Assembly: GCA_965203325.1 (NCBI GenBank) | Contig: OZ241875.1 | Span: 1,152,001 to 1,216,000, forward strand | Reading direction: 5' to 3' | Source: a bacterium | GTDB lineage: Bacteria > UBA8248 | DNA length: 64,000 nt | In this document: piece after piece, positions 55,451 through 64,000 of the stretch | How the letters are laid out: each line of letters opens with the position of its first letter | Numbering within the stretch: position 1 is the first letter of the stretch | The notes under the pieces: generated by a model | Seen by the model: only the letters and a program-made list of their open reading frames with translations | Database searches by the model: none | What the model was told of the DNA's origin: nothing | Made by a program: the position numbers and the translations under genes

Positions 55451-56419
55451 ATGCCTCGTCGTTCGCTGTTTCTCCTGTTCGTCGTTGCGCTGATCTGCCT
55501 GCCGATTACGAGCGCGCATTCGGCCAATTATCCAAGCTACCCCGTGCAGTTCATCATCTCCTTCCCGCCGGGAGGGCCCGGGGACACCACGATCCGGATC
55601 ATCCATCCCGCGCTCCAGAAAAATTTCGGGGGCGCCATCCAGCTCGTCAACAAGCCCGGCGCCGGCGGCGCCATCGCCTACACCTACGTCAAGAAGGCCA
55701 AGCCGGACGGCTACACCATCCTCTCCACCATGTCCGCGCCCTTGACCGTGGGAACGGCGCTGCGCACCCTGCAATTCGCACTGGATGATTACGAGTACAT
55801 CGGCGCGTACGCCTTCGGCGCCACGGGGGTCGTCTCCAAGCCCGACAAGCGCTGGAAGGACCTCGACGGCCTTCTCGCCTACATCAAGAAAAACCCCGGA
55901 AAGCTGAACTACGGCACGAGCGGGGCGCCGACCGCGCCGTATCTCACCATGGCGGCGGTTCTCGCCATACGGGGCCTGAAAGCCACCCCCGTGCATTACA
56001 AGGGCTCCGGCCCGGCGCGCAACGCCGCCCTGGGCGGCCACGTGGACTTCTCCGCGGGCGGATTCGGCGCGATGCAGGCGCTCCTGCGGGCGGGCAAGCT
56101 GGTGGGCCTCGCCATCACGGACAACGCGCGGGATCCCAAGTTCCCCGACATCCCGACCCTGAAGGAGAAGGGACTCGGACGGGCGAGCATCGGTCTCTGG
56201 GCCGGGCTGTGGGCGCCGAAGGGAACGCCCAAGGCCGTTCTCGACAAGCTCTCCGCAGCCCTCAAGAAGACGGCAGGCGACCCGGCGGTGGTGAAAAAAC
56301 TGAACAAGGCGGGCTTCCGTGTGGAATTCGTGGACGGGCCGGGGGCGAAGAAGCTCGCCCGGCAGGACCACGAGACTTCCAAGGAGATCATGAAGGCCGT
56401 CGGCATCAAGAAAAAATAG
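55451..56419 (+). CDS. Tripartite tricarboxylate transporter substrate-binding protein (TctC/Bug)
   Basis: YPSYPVQFII.FPPGGPGD, NKPGAGG, PDGYT, VHYKG, PDIPT. Confidence 0.93.
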   Translation: MPRRSLFLLFVVALICLPITSAHSANYPSYPVQFIISFPPGGPGDTTIRIIHPALQKNFGGAIQLVNKPGAGGAIAYTYVKKAKPDGYTILSTMSAPLTVGTALRTLQFALDDYEYIGAYAFGATGVVSKPDKRWKDLDGLLAYIKKNPGKLNYGTSGAPTAPYLTMAAVLAIRGLKATPVHYKGSGPARNAALGGHVDFSAGGFGAMQALLRAGKLVGLAITDNARDPKFPDIPTLKEKGLGRASIGLWAGLWAPKGTPKAVLDKLSAALKKTAGDPAVVKKLNKAGFRVEFVDGPGAKKLARQDHETSKEIMKAVGIKKK

Positions 56420-56429
56420 CGGGGGCGAC

Positions 56430-56891
56430 GTGCGCAAATTCGCCCCTCCCGCGGCGTTGCTCGTCGTCTCGATGCTTATGGGCTGGTTCGCCCACCGGCT
56501 AGGGATGGGGAGCATCAACCGGCCCGAACCGGGATTTTTCCCTTTCTGGATATGCGCAGGGCTTGCGGCCACATCGCTCTACCTGATGACGCAACGCTTG
56601 CGTCAAAGCCCGGAAGATGAGGCGTCCCCGGAGTCCGAGTCCGTATTCACGCTCGACCGGTTCCGGCGGGTTCTCTCCGTCATGGCGGGGACGGCGCTCT
56701 TCGGCCTCCTGCTCGAATTTTCGGGATTTTTGGCCACGACTTTCATCTTCATGGCGTTCTGCTGGCTCGTCATCGACCGCCAGTCTCTCCTCCGGGGTCT
56801 CCTGATCTCGGCGGTCGCATCCGCGGCGGCCTTCGTCCTCTTCGTCAAGCTGTTGAACGTGCACTTCCCCCGCGGTCTGCTGGGATTTTGA
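56430..56891 (+). CDS. TTT small membrane subunit TctB
   Basis: PEPGFFP, four TM helices, F..LL.V.FPRG. Confidence 0.88.
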   Translation: MRKFAPPAALLVVSMLMGWFAHRLGMGSINRPEPGFFPFWICAGLAATSLYLMTQRLRQSPEDEASPESESVFTLDRFRRVLSVMAGTALFGLLLEFSGFLATTFIFMAFCWLVIDRQSLLRGLLISAVASAAAFVLFVKLLNVHFPRGLLGF

Positions 56892-58399
56892 TGGGCGATC
56901 TTTTCTCCAACCTCTATTTCGGCTTCTCGGTGAGCCTCGCCCCGTACAACCTCCTCGCCTGCTTCATGGGCGTTTTCGTGGGGACGGCCATCGGGGTGCT
57001 GCCGGGTCTCGGCCCGGTCGCCACCATGTCCCTCCTGCTCCCGATCACCATCAAGATGGAGCCGACGGCCGCCATCATCATCATGGCGGGAGTGTTTTAC
57101 GGGGCGATGTACGGCGGCTCCACCACGTCCATTCTGCTCAACCTGCCCGGCGAGGCGTCCTCGGTCGTGACCACCCTGGACGGCTACCAGATGGCGCGGA
57201 AAGGGAGAGCCGGACCCGCGCTCGCCATCTGCGCCTGGGGCTCGTTCATCGCGGGAACGCTGGGCGTTCTGGGCATCACGCTCATGGCGCCCGCCCTGGC
57301 CGAAATGGCCGTGAAGATCGGCCCGCCGGAGCTTGTCGCGCTCCTGTGCCTGAGCTTTCTGCTGGTGGTCCAGTTCAGCGGCGGCTCGCGCCCGCGCGCA
57401 GCAGCTTCGGCCCTGCTCGGATTCCTCCTCTCCACTATCGGCCTGGACCCGGTGGAATCCACGCCGCGCTATGACTTCGGCACCTTCACCCTGATGGACG
57501 GGGTGGGCTTCGCTCCCCTGGTGATCGGCCTGTTCGGCATCTCGGAGGTGCTGATCAACCTCGAGAAATCAGAGAAGCTGGAAGTGTTCAAGGGCCGCAT
57601 CAAGGGGTTGTGGCCCACGCGCCAGGACTGGCGCGACTCCGCTCCGGCCATCGGGCGGGGAAGCATGGTCGGTTTTTTCATGGGGATCCTGCCGGGCATG
57701 GGCACCATCGTGCCTCCATTCCTCTCCTATTCCCTGGAGCGGCGCATCTCGAAGCGCCCCGAGAAGTTCGGCACGGGCGTGATCGAGGGCGTGGCGGGGC
57801 CCGAGGCGGCCAACAACTCCGCCACGGCGGGCAGCATGATTCCCCTCCTCACGCTGGGCATCGCCCCGAGTGCCGCGGTGGCCGTTCTCACGGCGGCCTT
57901 CCTCACCCACGGCGTGCAGCCGGGACCGCTGCTGATCACCGAGCACCCCGCCATCTTCTGGGGGGTGGTGACGAGCATGTACACCGGAAACGCGCTGCTC
58001 CTGCTGCTCAACCTGCCGCTCGTGGGCATGTGGGCGCGCCTGCTCACCGTGCCCTATCGCTACCTCTGGCCCCTGATTCTTCTGTTCTGCGGCATCGGCG
58101 CCTACAGCGTGAGCAACAATCCGGCCGACGTCCTGCTCATGGCGGTCTTCGGGCTGTTGGGCTACATGATGCGCAAGTTGAACTATCCGGGCGCGCCGCT
58201 GGTGCTCGCGTTCGTCCTCGGCAGGCTTTTCGAGGAAAAGGTGCGCCAGTCGCTCGTCATCTCGCGGGGGAGCTATGAAACCTTCATCGCGCACCCGCTC
58301 GCCCTGCTCGCTTGGATCGCCTCGGCGATCCTGCTCCTTTATCCGTTTTTCCTGCGGGGCAAGAGCGCCCCGCACTTCCCGCCGGAGGAGGAAGAATGA
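56891..58399 (+). CDS. TTT permease TctA
   Basis: GVLPGLG, YGAMYGGS, PEAANNS, PLLTLGI. Confidence 0.94.
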   Translation: MGDLFSNLYFGFSVSLAPYNLLACFMGVFVGTAIGVLPGLGPVATMSLLLPITIKMEPTAAIIIMAGVFYGAMYGGSTTSILLNLPGEASSVVTTLDGYQMARKGRAGPALAICAWGSFIAGTLGVLGITLMAPALAEMAVKIGPPELVALLCLSFLLVVQFSGGSRPRAAASALLGFLLSTIGLDPVESTPRYDFGTFTLMDGVGFAPLVIGLFGISEVLINLEKSEKLEVFKGRIKGLWPTRQDWRDSAPAIGRGSMVGFFMGILPGMGTIVPPFLSYSLERRISKRPEKFGTGVIEGVAGPEAANNSATAGSMIPLLTLGIAPSAAVAVLTAAFLTHGVQPGPLLITEHPAIFWGVVTSMYTGNALLLLLNLPLVGMWARLLTVPYRYLWPLILLFCGIGAYSVSNNPADVLLMAVFGLLGYMMRKLNYPGAPLVLAFVLGRLFEEKVRQSLVISRGSYETFIAHPLALLAWIASAILLLYPFFLRGKSAPHFPPEEEE

Positions 58400-59232
58400 A
58401 GATCACCCTGCTAGGCACGGGCGGCCCCCGGCCGGACCCGGCGCGCCAGGGTTCCTCTCTCGTGGTCAACGTGGGCGAGGAGCGGCTGCTCTTCGACTGC
58501 GGCAGAGGCGCGGTCACCCAACTCGTCCGCGCGGGCGTGCCCCTCGCGAAGGTGAATCCCGTCTTCATCACGCACCACCACTACGACCACATCAGCGATC
58601 TGGGCGACGTGATCCTGAGCACATGGCTCCAGGGGCGTCCGGGCGCCCTGCGCGTATATGGGCCGGCGGGAACGGCGGAGATCGTAACCGCCTTGCTCGA
58701 TCGGGTCTACGCGAAGGACATCCGCTTCCGGGCGGAGGGAGAGCCCGCGGTCGGGAGGTGGAAACCGGTGGAGGTCGAAGAAACCGGCGCGGGCCTGGTC
58801 TGTGACGGCGGGGGCTGGAAGGTGTATGCGGAGTTCGTCGAGCACGGCCAGGACCTCGGAATCCCCGATTTCGACTGGACGACGCTGGGCTACCGCCTGG
58901 AGGCGGAGGGAAAAACCCTCGCCATCAGCGGAGACACGATCCCGTGTGCGGGACTGGATCGTCTGGCGCAGGGGGCGGACGCCCTCGTGCTGTGCTGCTA
59001 TCTGGCCGCTGCGGAGGTCGTCGACGCGCATACCGAACGCCTGACCCGGCACCTTTTTCCCTCATCAGAACAGGCGGGGAAGATCGCCGCGAGCGCGGGC
59101 ATCAAGAAACTCGTCCTGACCCACTTCCGCGAGAAGCCGGAAAGCCTCATGCGCGAAATCCAAGAAGACGTCCGGCGGGATTTTGACGGCGAAGTGATTC
59201 TGGGGCGTGATTTGCTGGAGATCGAGGTGTGA
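58396..59232 (+). CDS. MBL-fold metallohydrolase (RNase Z/AtsA-like)
   Basis: LLGTG, FDCG, THHHYDH, SGDT, LTHF. Confidence 0.88.
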   Translation: MKITLLGTGGPRPDPARQGSSLVVNVGEERLLFDCGRGAVTQLVRAGVPLAKVNPVFITHHHYDHISDLGDVILSTWLQGRPGALRVYGPAGTAEIVTALLDRVYAKDIRFRAEGEPAVGRWKPVEVEETGAGLVCDGGGWKVYAEFVEHGQDLGIPDFDWTTLGYRLEAEGKTLAISGDTIPCAGLDRLAQGADALVLCCYLAAAEVVDAHTERLTRHLFPSSEQAGKIAASAGIKKLVLTHFREKPESLMREIQEDVRRDFDGEVILGRDLLEIEV

Positions 59233-59304
59233 GGGGGGTTGAATAAGTTCTCGGGAAACGATTTTGAGTTTCGCGCACATTTTGAAGTTCACTCCCCCCT
59301 TGAG

Positions 59305-59476
59305 GGGGTTGTTGATAAACCCTCGAGAGGAAAATTCGTTTGTATGTAGGGGTCGCATATATGCGACCCCGATTTTTTTTTGCCCACTACAAGGGCCGCA
59401 TGTATGCGGCCCCTACAAAACCGCCCCTCCTCGGTCGCGCAAAACCCGCGTTCATCAGGGCTTTATCAACAGCTCC
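59305..59476. mobile_element. MITE-like element carrying a REP doublet, flanked by TTGAG direct repeats
   Basis: GGGGTTGTTGATAAACCCT...AGGGCTTTATCAACAGCTCC; REP pair 59346-59416. Confidence 0.7.
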
Positions 59477-59604
59477 TTGAGAGGACGCTGGCGCTGAAGA
59501 ACCCCTCCGGGCTCCGGTGGCGCCGGCCACGTGCATGACCCTCTCCTTTGCGGATAGAATGCGCTTGTTCGCCTTTCTCGCCGCCGTTTCCGCTGAGGCC
59601 GCCC

Positions 59605-60939
59605 GTGCTGGAAATCCTCGCCGATCGCACTTATCGCCATCTATTCGCAGCGCAGGTCACGGCCCTTGCGGGCACGGGGCTCGCCACGATTGCGCTGGGC
59701 CTTCTCGCCTACGACCTCGCGGAAGAGGACGCGGCGATGGTGCTCGGCGCCGTCTTCACCATCAAGATGGCGGCCTACGTCGGGGTCGCGCCCATCGCCG
59801 GCGCCTTCGCCGACCGTATCCCGCGCCGGGCGCTGCTCGTAGCGCTCGACATCGTGCGCGCCGCCGCGGCGCTGGCATTGCCCTTCGTGACGCAGATCTG
59901 GCAGCTCTACCTCTTGATCTTCGTGCTCCAATCGGCCTCGGCGGCCTTCACCCCGACCTTCCAGGCGACGATACCGGACGTGCTGCCCGAAGAATCCCGC
60001 TACACCCGCGCGCTGTCGCTCTCACGCCTGGCTTATGACCTCGAGAACATCTTCAGCCCGACCCTCGCGGCGCTGCTTCTGGCGGTGATGTCCTACGACG
60101 CCCTGTTCCTCGGCACGGCGGCCGGCTTTCTCGCCTCCGCTTTGCTCGTGGTTTCGGTATTTCTGCCGAGCACAGCGCCTGCGGCCCCGCGAAGCGTCTA
60201 CGAGCGCACGACCCGCGGGCTCCGCATCTACCTCGCCACGCCCCGGCTCCGCGGGCTCCTGGCGCTCAATCTCGCGGCGGCGGCGGCCGGCGCGATGGTG
60301 CTGGTCAACACCGTCGTGCTCGTGCGGGGCGTGCTGGGGCTCGGCGAGAGCGCCGTGGCATGGGCGATGGCCGCATTCGGGGGAGGTTCGATGCTGGCCG
60401 CGCTCGCCCTGCCGCGCCTGCTGGACCGGGCGCCAGAGCGGGCGGTGATGCTGACGAGCGCTGCGCTGATGATCGCGGGTCTGTGCGCGCTCGCCGCGTT
60501 CATCCCGGGCGCCGGGCTCTCCTGGCCCCTCCTTCTCGGCGCATGGGTCGCGGTGGGGATCGGCTATTCCGGGGTACTCACGCCATCGGGACGCCTGCTG
60601 CGGCGCTCCTCGAACCCCGAGGACAGGCCCGCGCTCTTCGCGGCGCAGTTCGCGCTCAGCCATGCCTGCTGGCTGGCGACCTATCCGCTGTCGGGCTGGT
60701 TGATGACCGCCTATGGCGCGTTCGCCGCGCTCGCCGGACTGAGCGCGCTGGCTCTCTTCGGCGCGGCGCTCGCGCTATTGGTGTGGCCGGGCTCCGATCC
60801 GGTCGCGATCGCGCATCGTCACGACGACCTCCCTCCCCATCACCCGCACCTGCGCGGCGCGGGCGAACACGTTCATCCTTACATGATCGATGACTTGCAC
60901 AGGCGCTGGCCGCCGGCGGACCCGCGTTCACCCGACTAG
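59605..60939 (+). CDS. MFS transporter, NreB-like with His-rich C-terminus (metal efflux?)
   Basis: RTYRHLFAAQV, FAAQFALSHACW, HRHDDLPPHHPH..HVH. Confidence 0.85.
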   Translation: MLEILADRTYRHLFAAQVTALAGTGLATIALGLLAYDLAEEDAAMVLGAVFTIKMAAYVGVAPIAGAFADRIPRRALLVALDIVRAAAALALPFVTQIWQLYLLIFVLQSASAAFTPTFQATIPDVLPEESRYTRALSLSRLAYDLENIFSPTLAALLLAVMSYDALFLGTAAGFLASALLVVSVFLPSTAPAAPRSVYERTTRGLRIYLATPRLRGLLALNLAAAAAGAMVLVNTVVLVRGVLGLGESAVAWAMAAFGGGSMLAALALPRLLDRAPERAVMLTSAALMIAGLCALAAFIPGAGLSWPLLLGAWVAVGIGYSGVLTPSGRLLRRSSNPEDRPALFAAQFALSHACWLATYPLSGWLMTAYGAFAALAGLSALALFGAALALLVWPGSDPVAIAHRHDDLPPHHPHLRGAGEHVHPYMIDDLHRRWPPADPRSPD

Positions 60940-61080
60940 CGCGTCGTGCGCGGCGCGGGGGGCGGACGCGCTCCAGCCGCTCCGTTATCGGGCCAAGCGG
61001 AGGGGGCCGAGCGAAAAATCCTGCGATGCCGGAATGAGAAGCAAAAAGAATTCCGGGGGGAAGCGTCTGTCTCTGTGAAT

Positions 61081-61108
61081 GTAGGGGCGGTTCGCGAACC
61101 GCCCCTAC
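61081..61108. repeat. GTAG-REP perfect palindrome
   Basis: GTAGGGGCGGTTCGCGAACCGCCCCTAC. Confidence 0.85.
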
Positions 61109-61169
61109 TAAAGAACTTATCGGAATAAACGCAACTCGGATACGGTTTCTGTGAAAGCCATTCACCAAC

Positions 61170-61634
61170 TTACTCGTAACCGATTCCGAGCGTCTGGCTC
61201 TCTTCCGTAAGCCGGTCCAGGGCTTTCAGGCGCGCCCGCTTGGTTCGCTCCTCGTAGGCCTTCAAGTCGTTGAACATAACGCGCCTGTGCGTCCCGACCA
61301 TTCGACAGGGTATCTCCCGGTTATCGAGAAGTTTGACGATGAATCCCCGCGATACGTTGAGCAAATCCGCAGCTTGCTGGGTCGTCAGTTCCGCGTTCAT
61401 GGGTATCAGCGATACGGCGTTGCCCTTGGACATCTCGTCCAGCAGTTCGATAAGCAGGCGAACCGCCGCAAAGGGCAATTCGATAACATCGCGTTCATCC
61501 TCGGCGAGCCGAATAGCCACTTTATCGGGACTATCCGCGAGTTTGTCCGCAAGCGCACGAGCAGACGCTTTCGCAATACTCGCCTCCCGGGAACTGGGAA
61601 ACGCCGATGGGAATTGCATTATCGTGCCTGTCAT
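61170..61634 (-). CDS. Excisionase-like HTH (HTH_17) DNA-binding protein
   Basis: ELTTQQAADLLNVSR..LL..EIP..VGTHRRV. Confidence 0.88.
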   Translation of the reverse strand: MTGTIMQFPSAFPSSREASIAKASARALADKLADSPDKVAIRLAEDERDVIELPFAAVRLLIELLDEMSKGNAVSLIPMNAELTTQQAADLLNVSRGFIVKLLDNREIPCRMVGTHRRVMFNDLKAYEERTKRARLKALDRLTEESQTLGIGYE

Positions 61635-61863
61635 ATTCAATCTCCCCTTCAGCCTCGGATTCTCGACACATCGTCAATGTAAATCATATTCGATATAAAT
61701 GCAATAATCGATATAAACGACGTGACTCCGGTTTCAGTGGCTCTTGCCTGGCGAGCGAGCTTAGGCTGGAGGCAGGGGCAATTGCCATCTCGCACGACAT
61801 CACGAAGAAACGCCGGAGGTGGGGACTAGCAGGTCGGGGGTTATTTACGTTTCGCCCAGGCGA

Positions 61864-63318
61864 TCATACGGCGATCATCTTCTGCTCTTTCAACTTGGCG
61901 AGCAGTTCCTCCATGGTTCCCGCGCCCTTCATGGAATTGCAGGCGCCGCAGAGTAGCTGAAGGTTTTCTATGTGATCCTGCCCGCCTCTCGCCTGCGGCA
62001 CGATATGGTCAATGGTGAAGTTCCTGAACGGGAAATGAACCTTGCAGCCATTGCACCGCCCTTCCTGTAGCCCATAGAGCGTGTGCTTGTGGGTTTTGTA
62101 AATCGGGAAGTCAACAATATCGGTTCGCCTGGGGATGTCCGTGCGGTGGTTTACATTTCCGAAAAGACCCAGCTCTTTAGTCATGCGAAGTTGAACCAAA
62201 TCCACCGCTTTGGGCGATATGTCTATCCCCACCCATTCACGGACGTTTTTCTCCGCCGCGATGAGCGCTGTAGCGCACCCACAGAATGGGTCCAGTATAG
62301 TATCTTCCGGGTTCGATGACGCTTTGATGATGCGCTCCAAAAGCGCAAGTGGTTTTTGCGTGGGATAGCCCAAGCGCTCTTTCCCTATGACTGGCGCAAT
62401 ATCGTTCCAATTGTTTTGTATGGGTACGCCGGGCATTTCATCCAAGTATCGCTTGTAGTTAGGAAATCCTGTTTTCGCATGATAAATTCGACCTTCGCGT
62501 GCGATTTTTCGCATATTGTCTTGAGAATATGCCCAAAATCTTCCCTTATACGGTGGCACTCCCTTGTACTCCCAATTCTCTTTCGGGTTTATATGCTCGT
62601 TATCCAGATCAGCTTCCCATTTTCCTCCTATCGGACGTTTAACTCTCCATTCATAGCTCACGTCTCCACCCGGTTTCGCGGCCGTCAAGTTGTCGACGCG
62701 GTATCGTCTACCGGTACTTTCCTCTATATGGCGATAAAATTGATTTGTATAACTTTCGTCGTACCCAGTGAATACCTGATTCCATTTCCATTTTTTACCC
62801 TTGGTATAGAAGAGGATGACATCTCTTATTTTTCCATGGATCCGGCGCCCTTGTTTCCCGTCATTGTGTGCGCTGGAACGCTTCCAGCTAATCTCAGAGC
62901 GATAATTCTTTGCCCCGAAAATCGCGTCCATGACGAGCTTGAGATAATGGCTCATCGTGGGGTCGCAGTGGAGATAGATTGAACCCGTGGATTTCAGGAT
63001 GCGCCTCATCTCAAGAAGGCGGATCGCCATGTAGATGATGTAGGCCCGATCCGATTTCGTCATGGTGGCGTCGATGACTTTGTAGAGTTCCGGGTTTTCC
63101 TCCGCGATGAGGCCGTGCCACTCCACCGCGATGTCGCTGAGCGTCCACGTATCCTTGAACTCCGCGCCTGCCGCCTCGCTTCCTATCGGCGCGGCGTAAT
63201 TGTGTTTGCTGTTGAATGGCGGGTCGAGATAGATGAGGTCGACGGATTCTGAGTTCATGCCGCGCATGATGTCGAGGTTGTCCCCCGTCCACATCGTGCG
63301 GTTCTTCCAGTTGGTCAT
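61864..63318 (-). CDS. Beta-class N6/N4 DNA methyltransferase fused to a C-terminal HNH domain
   Basis: DLIYLDPPF ... YPTQKP ... LDPFCGCAT; CNGC..IDHIVP..GG..NLQLLCGACN. Confidence 0.9.
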   Translation of the reverse strand: MTNWKNRTMWTGDNLDIMRGMNSESVDLIYLDPPFNSKHNYAAPIGSEAAGAEFKDTWTLSDIAVEWHGLIAEENPELYKVIDATMTKSDRAYIIYMAIRLLEMRRILKSTGSIYLHCDPTMSHYLKLVMDAIFGAKNYRSEISWKRSSAHNDGKQGRRIHGKIRDVILFYTKGKKWKWNQVFTGYDESYTNQFYRHIEESTGRRYRVDNLTAAKPGGDVSYEWRVKRPIGGKWEADLDNEHINPKENWEYKGVPPYKGRFWAYSQDNMRKIAREGRIYHAKTGFPNYKRYLDEMPGVPIQNNWNDIAPVIGKERLGYPTQKPLALLERIIKASSNPEDTILDPFCGCATALIAAEKNVREWVGIDISPKAVDLVQLRMTKELGLFGNVNHRTDIPRRTDIVDFPIYKTHKHTLYGLQEGRCNGCKVHFPFRNFTIDHIVPQARGGQDHIENLQLLCGACNSMKGAGTMEELLAKLKEQKMIAV

Positions 63319-63475
63319 ACCAAGCCTCGTGGAACCCACGTCGTCATGGGCCGTTGGTATTGGGTCGCAATGTCTGGATATTGCTTTCGCCACGTATGGG
63401 CTGTCAAGGCCGCTGAGGGCTTCGCCGCCTGCCCGCTCCAAGCGAGGCTCGGCCGTTCCTGCACTTGAAAAGTGC

Positions 63476-63583
63476 GGGCGGACACGCGGGTCCGCCCCTA
63501 CAGGTTCAAAACCTCGAGCAACCCCTTCCTCATCGGCCGGAATTGATCTCACGACCCGTCATTCCGGCGCATGCCGGAATCCA
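63476..63583. repeat. REP half-site and GTCATTCCGG-type palindrome
   Basis: GGGCGGACACGCGGGTCCGCCCCTAC; CGTCATTCCGGCGCATGCCGGAATCC. Confidence 0.65.
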
Positions 63584-63835
63584 TTTTCGCCTTCGCCTCG
63601 CCGCTCCACCTCCTGAGCACCGCGAGGGATTGCTCGCCGCCGCCTTGCTGGAGCAACTGGTTCCAAGGGACTACATCTTGGGCCAGATGGACTGTATTCT
63701 GGACCAAAGTCGGATGCGCGAGGTAGGTTCGCTTTTCGCCGTTTCATAAGCTTAGTAGGAGGCGATGGAAGTGCCGTGGCACGTGTTTTCTGATAAGTTG
63801 CGGATATGTAACGTTTCCGTGGAGGTGGTCTAACA

Positions 63836-64000
63836 ATGGTGGCAAATAGTAAACGTCGTTATAAAATGACCGTTGCCGGCCAGCTTTTTAAGCATCTTGG
63901 TTTGCAGATGTATTCCGGGGCGGTTCCTGCCATTTCCGAGCTAATCTCGAACGCTTACGACGCTATGGCGAGGAACGTGTGGGTCACCATACCCACGGGA
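63836..64000 (+). CDS. GHKL (HATPase/MORC-like) ATPase, N-terminal fragment at window edge
   Basis: Manual translation MVANSKRRYKMTVAGQLFKHLGLQMYSGAVPAISELISNAYDAMARNVWV; GGAGG RBS; ExxxNxxDA motif. Confidence 0.8.
   Translation, partial: MVANSKRRYKMTVAGQLFKHLGLQMYSGAVPAISELISNAYDAMARNVWVTIPTG

Noticed and set aside
42600..63600. Possible CRISPR array among the palindromic repeats
   Set aside because: Repeats are dispersed, without regular repeat-spacer periodicity, and there are no cas genes.
63559..63747. 62-aa minus-strand ORF / possible gene remnant
   Set aside because: No recognisable domain in the minus-strand frames I translated.
63777..63792. TGGCACG as a sigma54 promoter for the GHKL gene
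   Set aside because: The -12 position reads CT, not GC.

Overview
High-GC bacterial chromosome segment with two halves. Positions 1-38.3 kb are core genes, all on the minus strand: rpmJ-infA-map-adk-secY, the spc/S10 ribosomal protein cluster, tuf-fusA-rpsG-rpsL, rpoC-rpoB-rplLJAK-nusG-secE, tRNA-Trp, a second tuf, tRNAs Thr/Gly/Tyr/Thr, rlmB-cysS-ispF-ispD-PIN/TRAM, moaC, dcd and a parvulin PPIase. Positions 38.4-64 kb are accessory: transporters, oxidoreductases, an ArsR-SRPBCC unit, a tripartite tricarboxylate transporter, a DNA MTase-HNH fusion and the start of a GHKL ATPase. From ~42.6 kb the spacers are dense with GTAG-REP palindromes and nested MITE-like elements. The most notable signals not shown by the ORF track are: (1) two copies of a ~150-nt four-hairpin minus-strand RNA, each behind a sigma54-type promoter and ending in an intrinsic terminator, with compensatory and G-U covariation between copies; (2) an OsmC-family gene split by an in-frame UGA at the catalytic-Cys position and followed by a SECIS-like hairpin (candidate selenoprotein); (3) a dcd upstream region with tandem NrdR-like boxes, DnaA-like boxes and a ~250-nt five-hairpin leader. 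All calls come from reading the sequence; no searches or folding programs were run.
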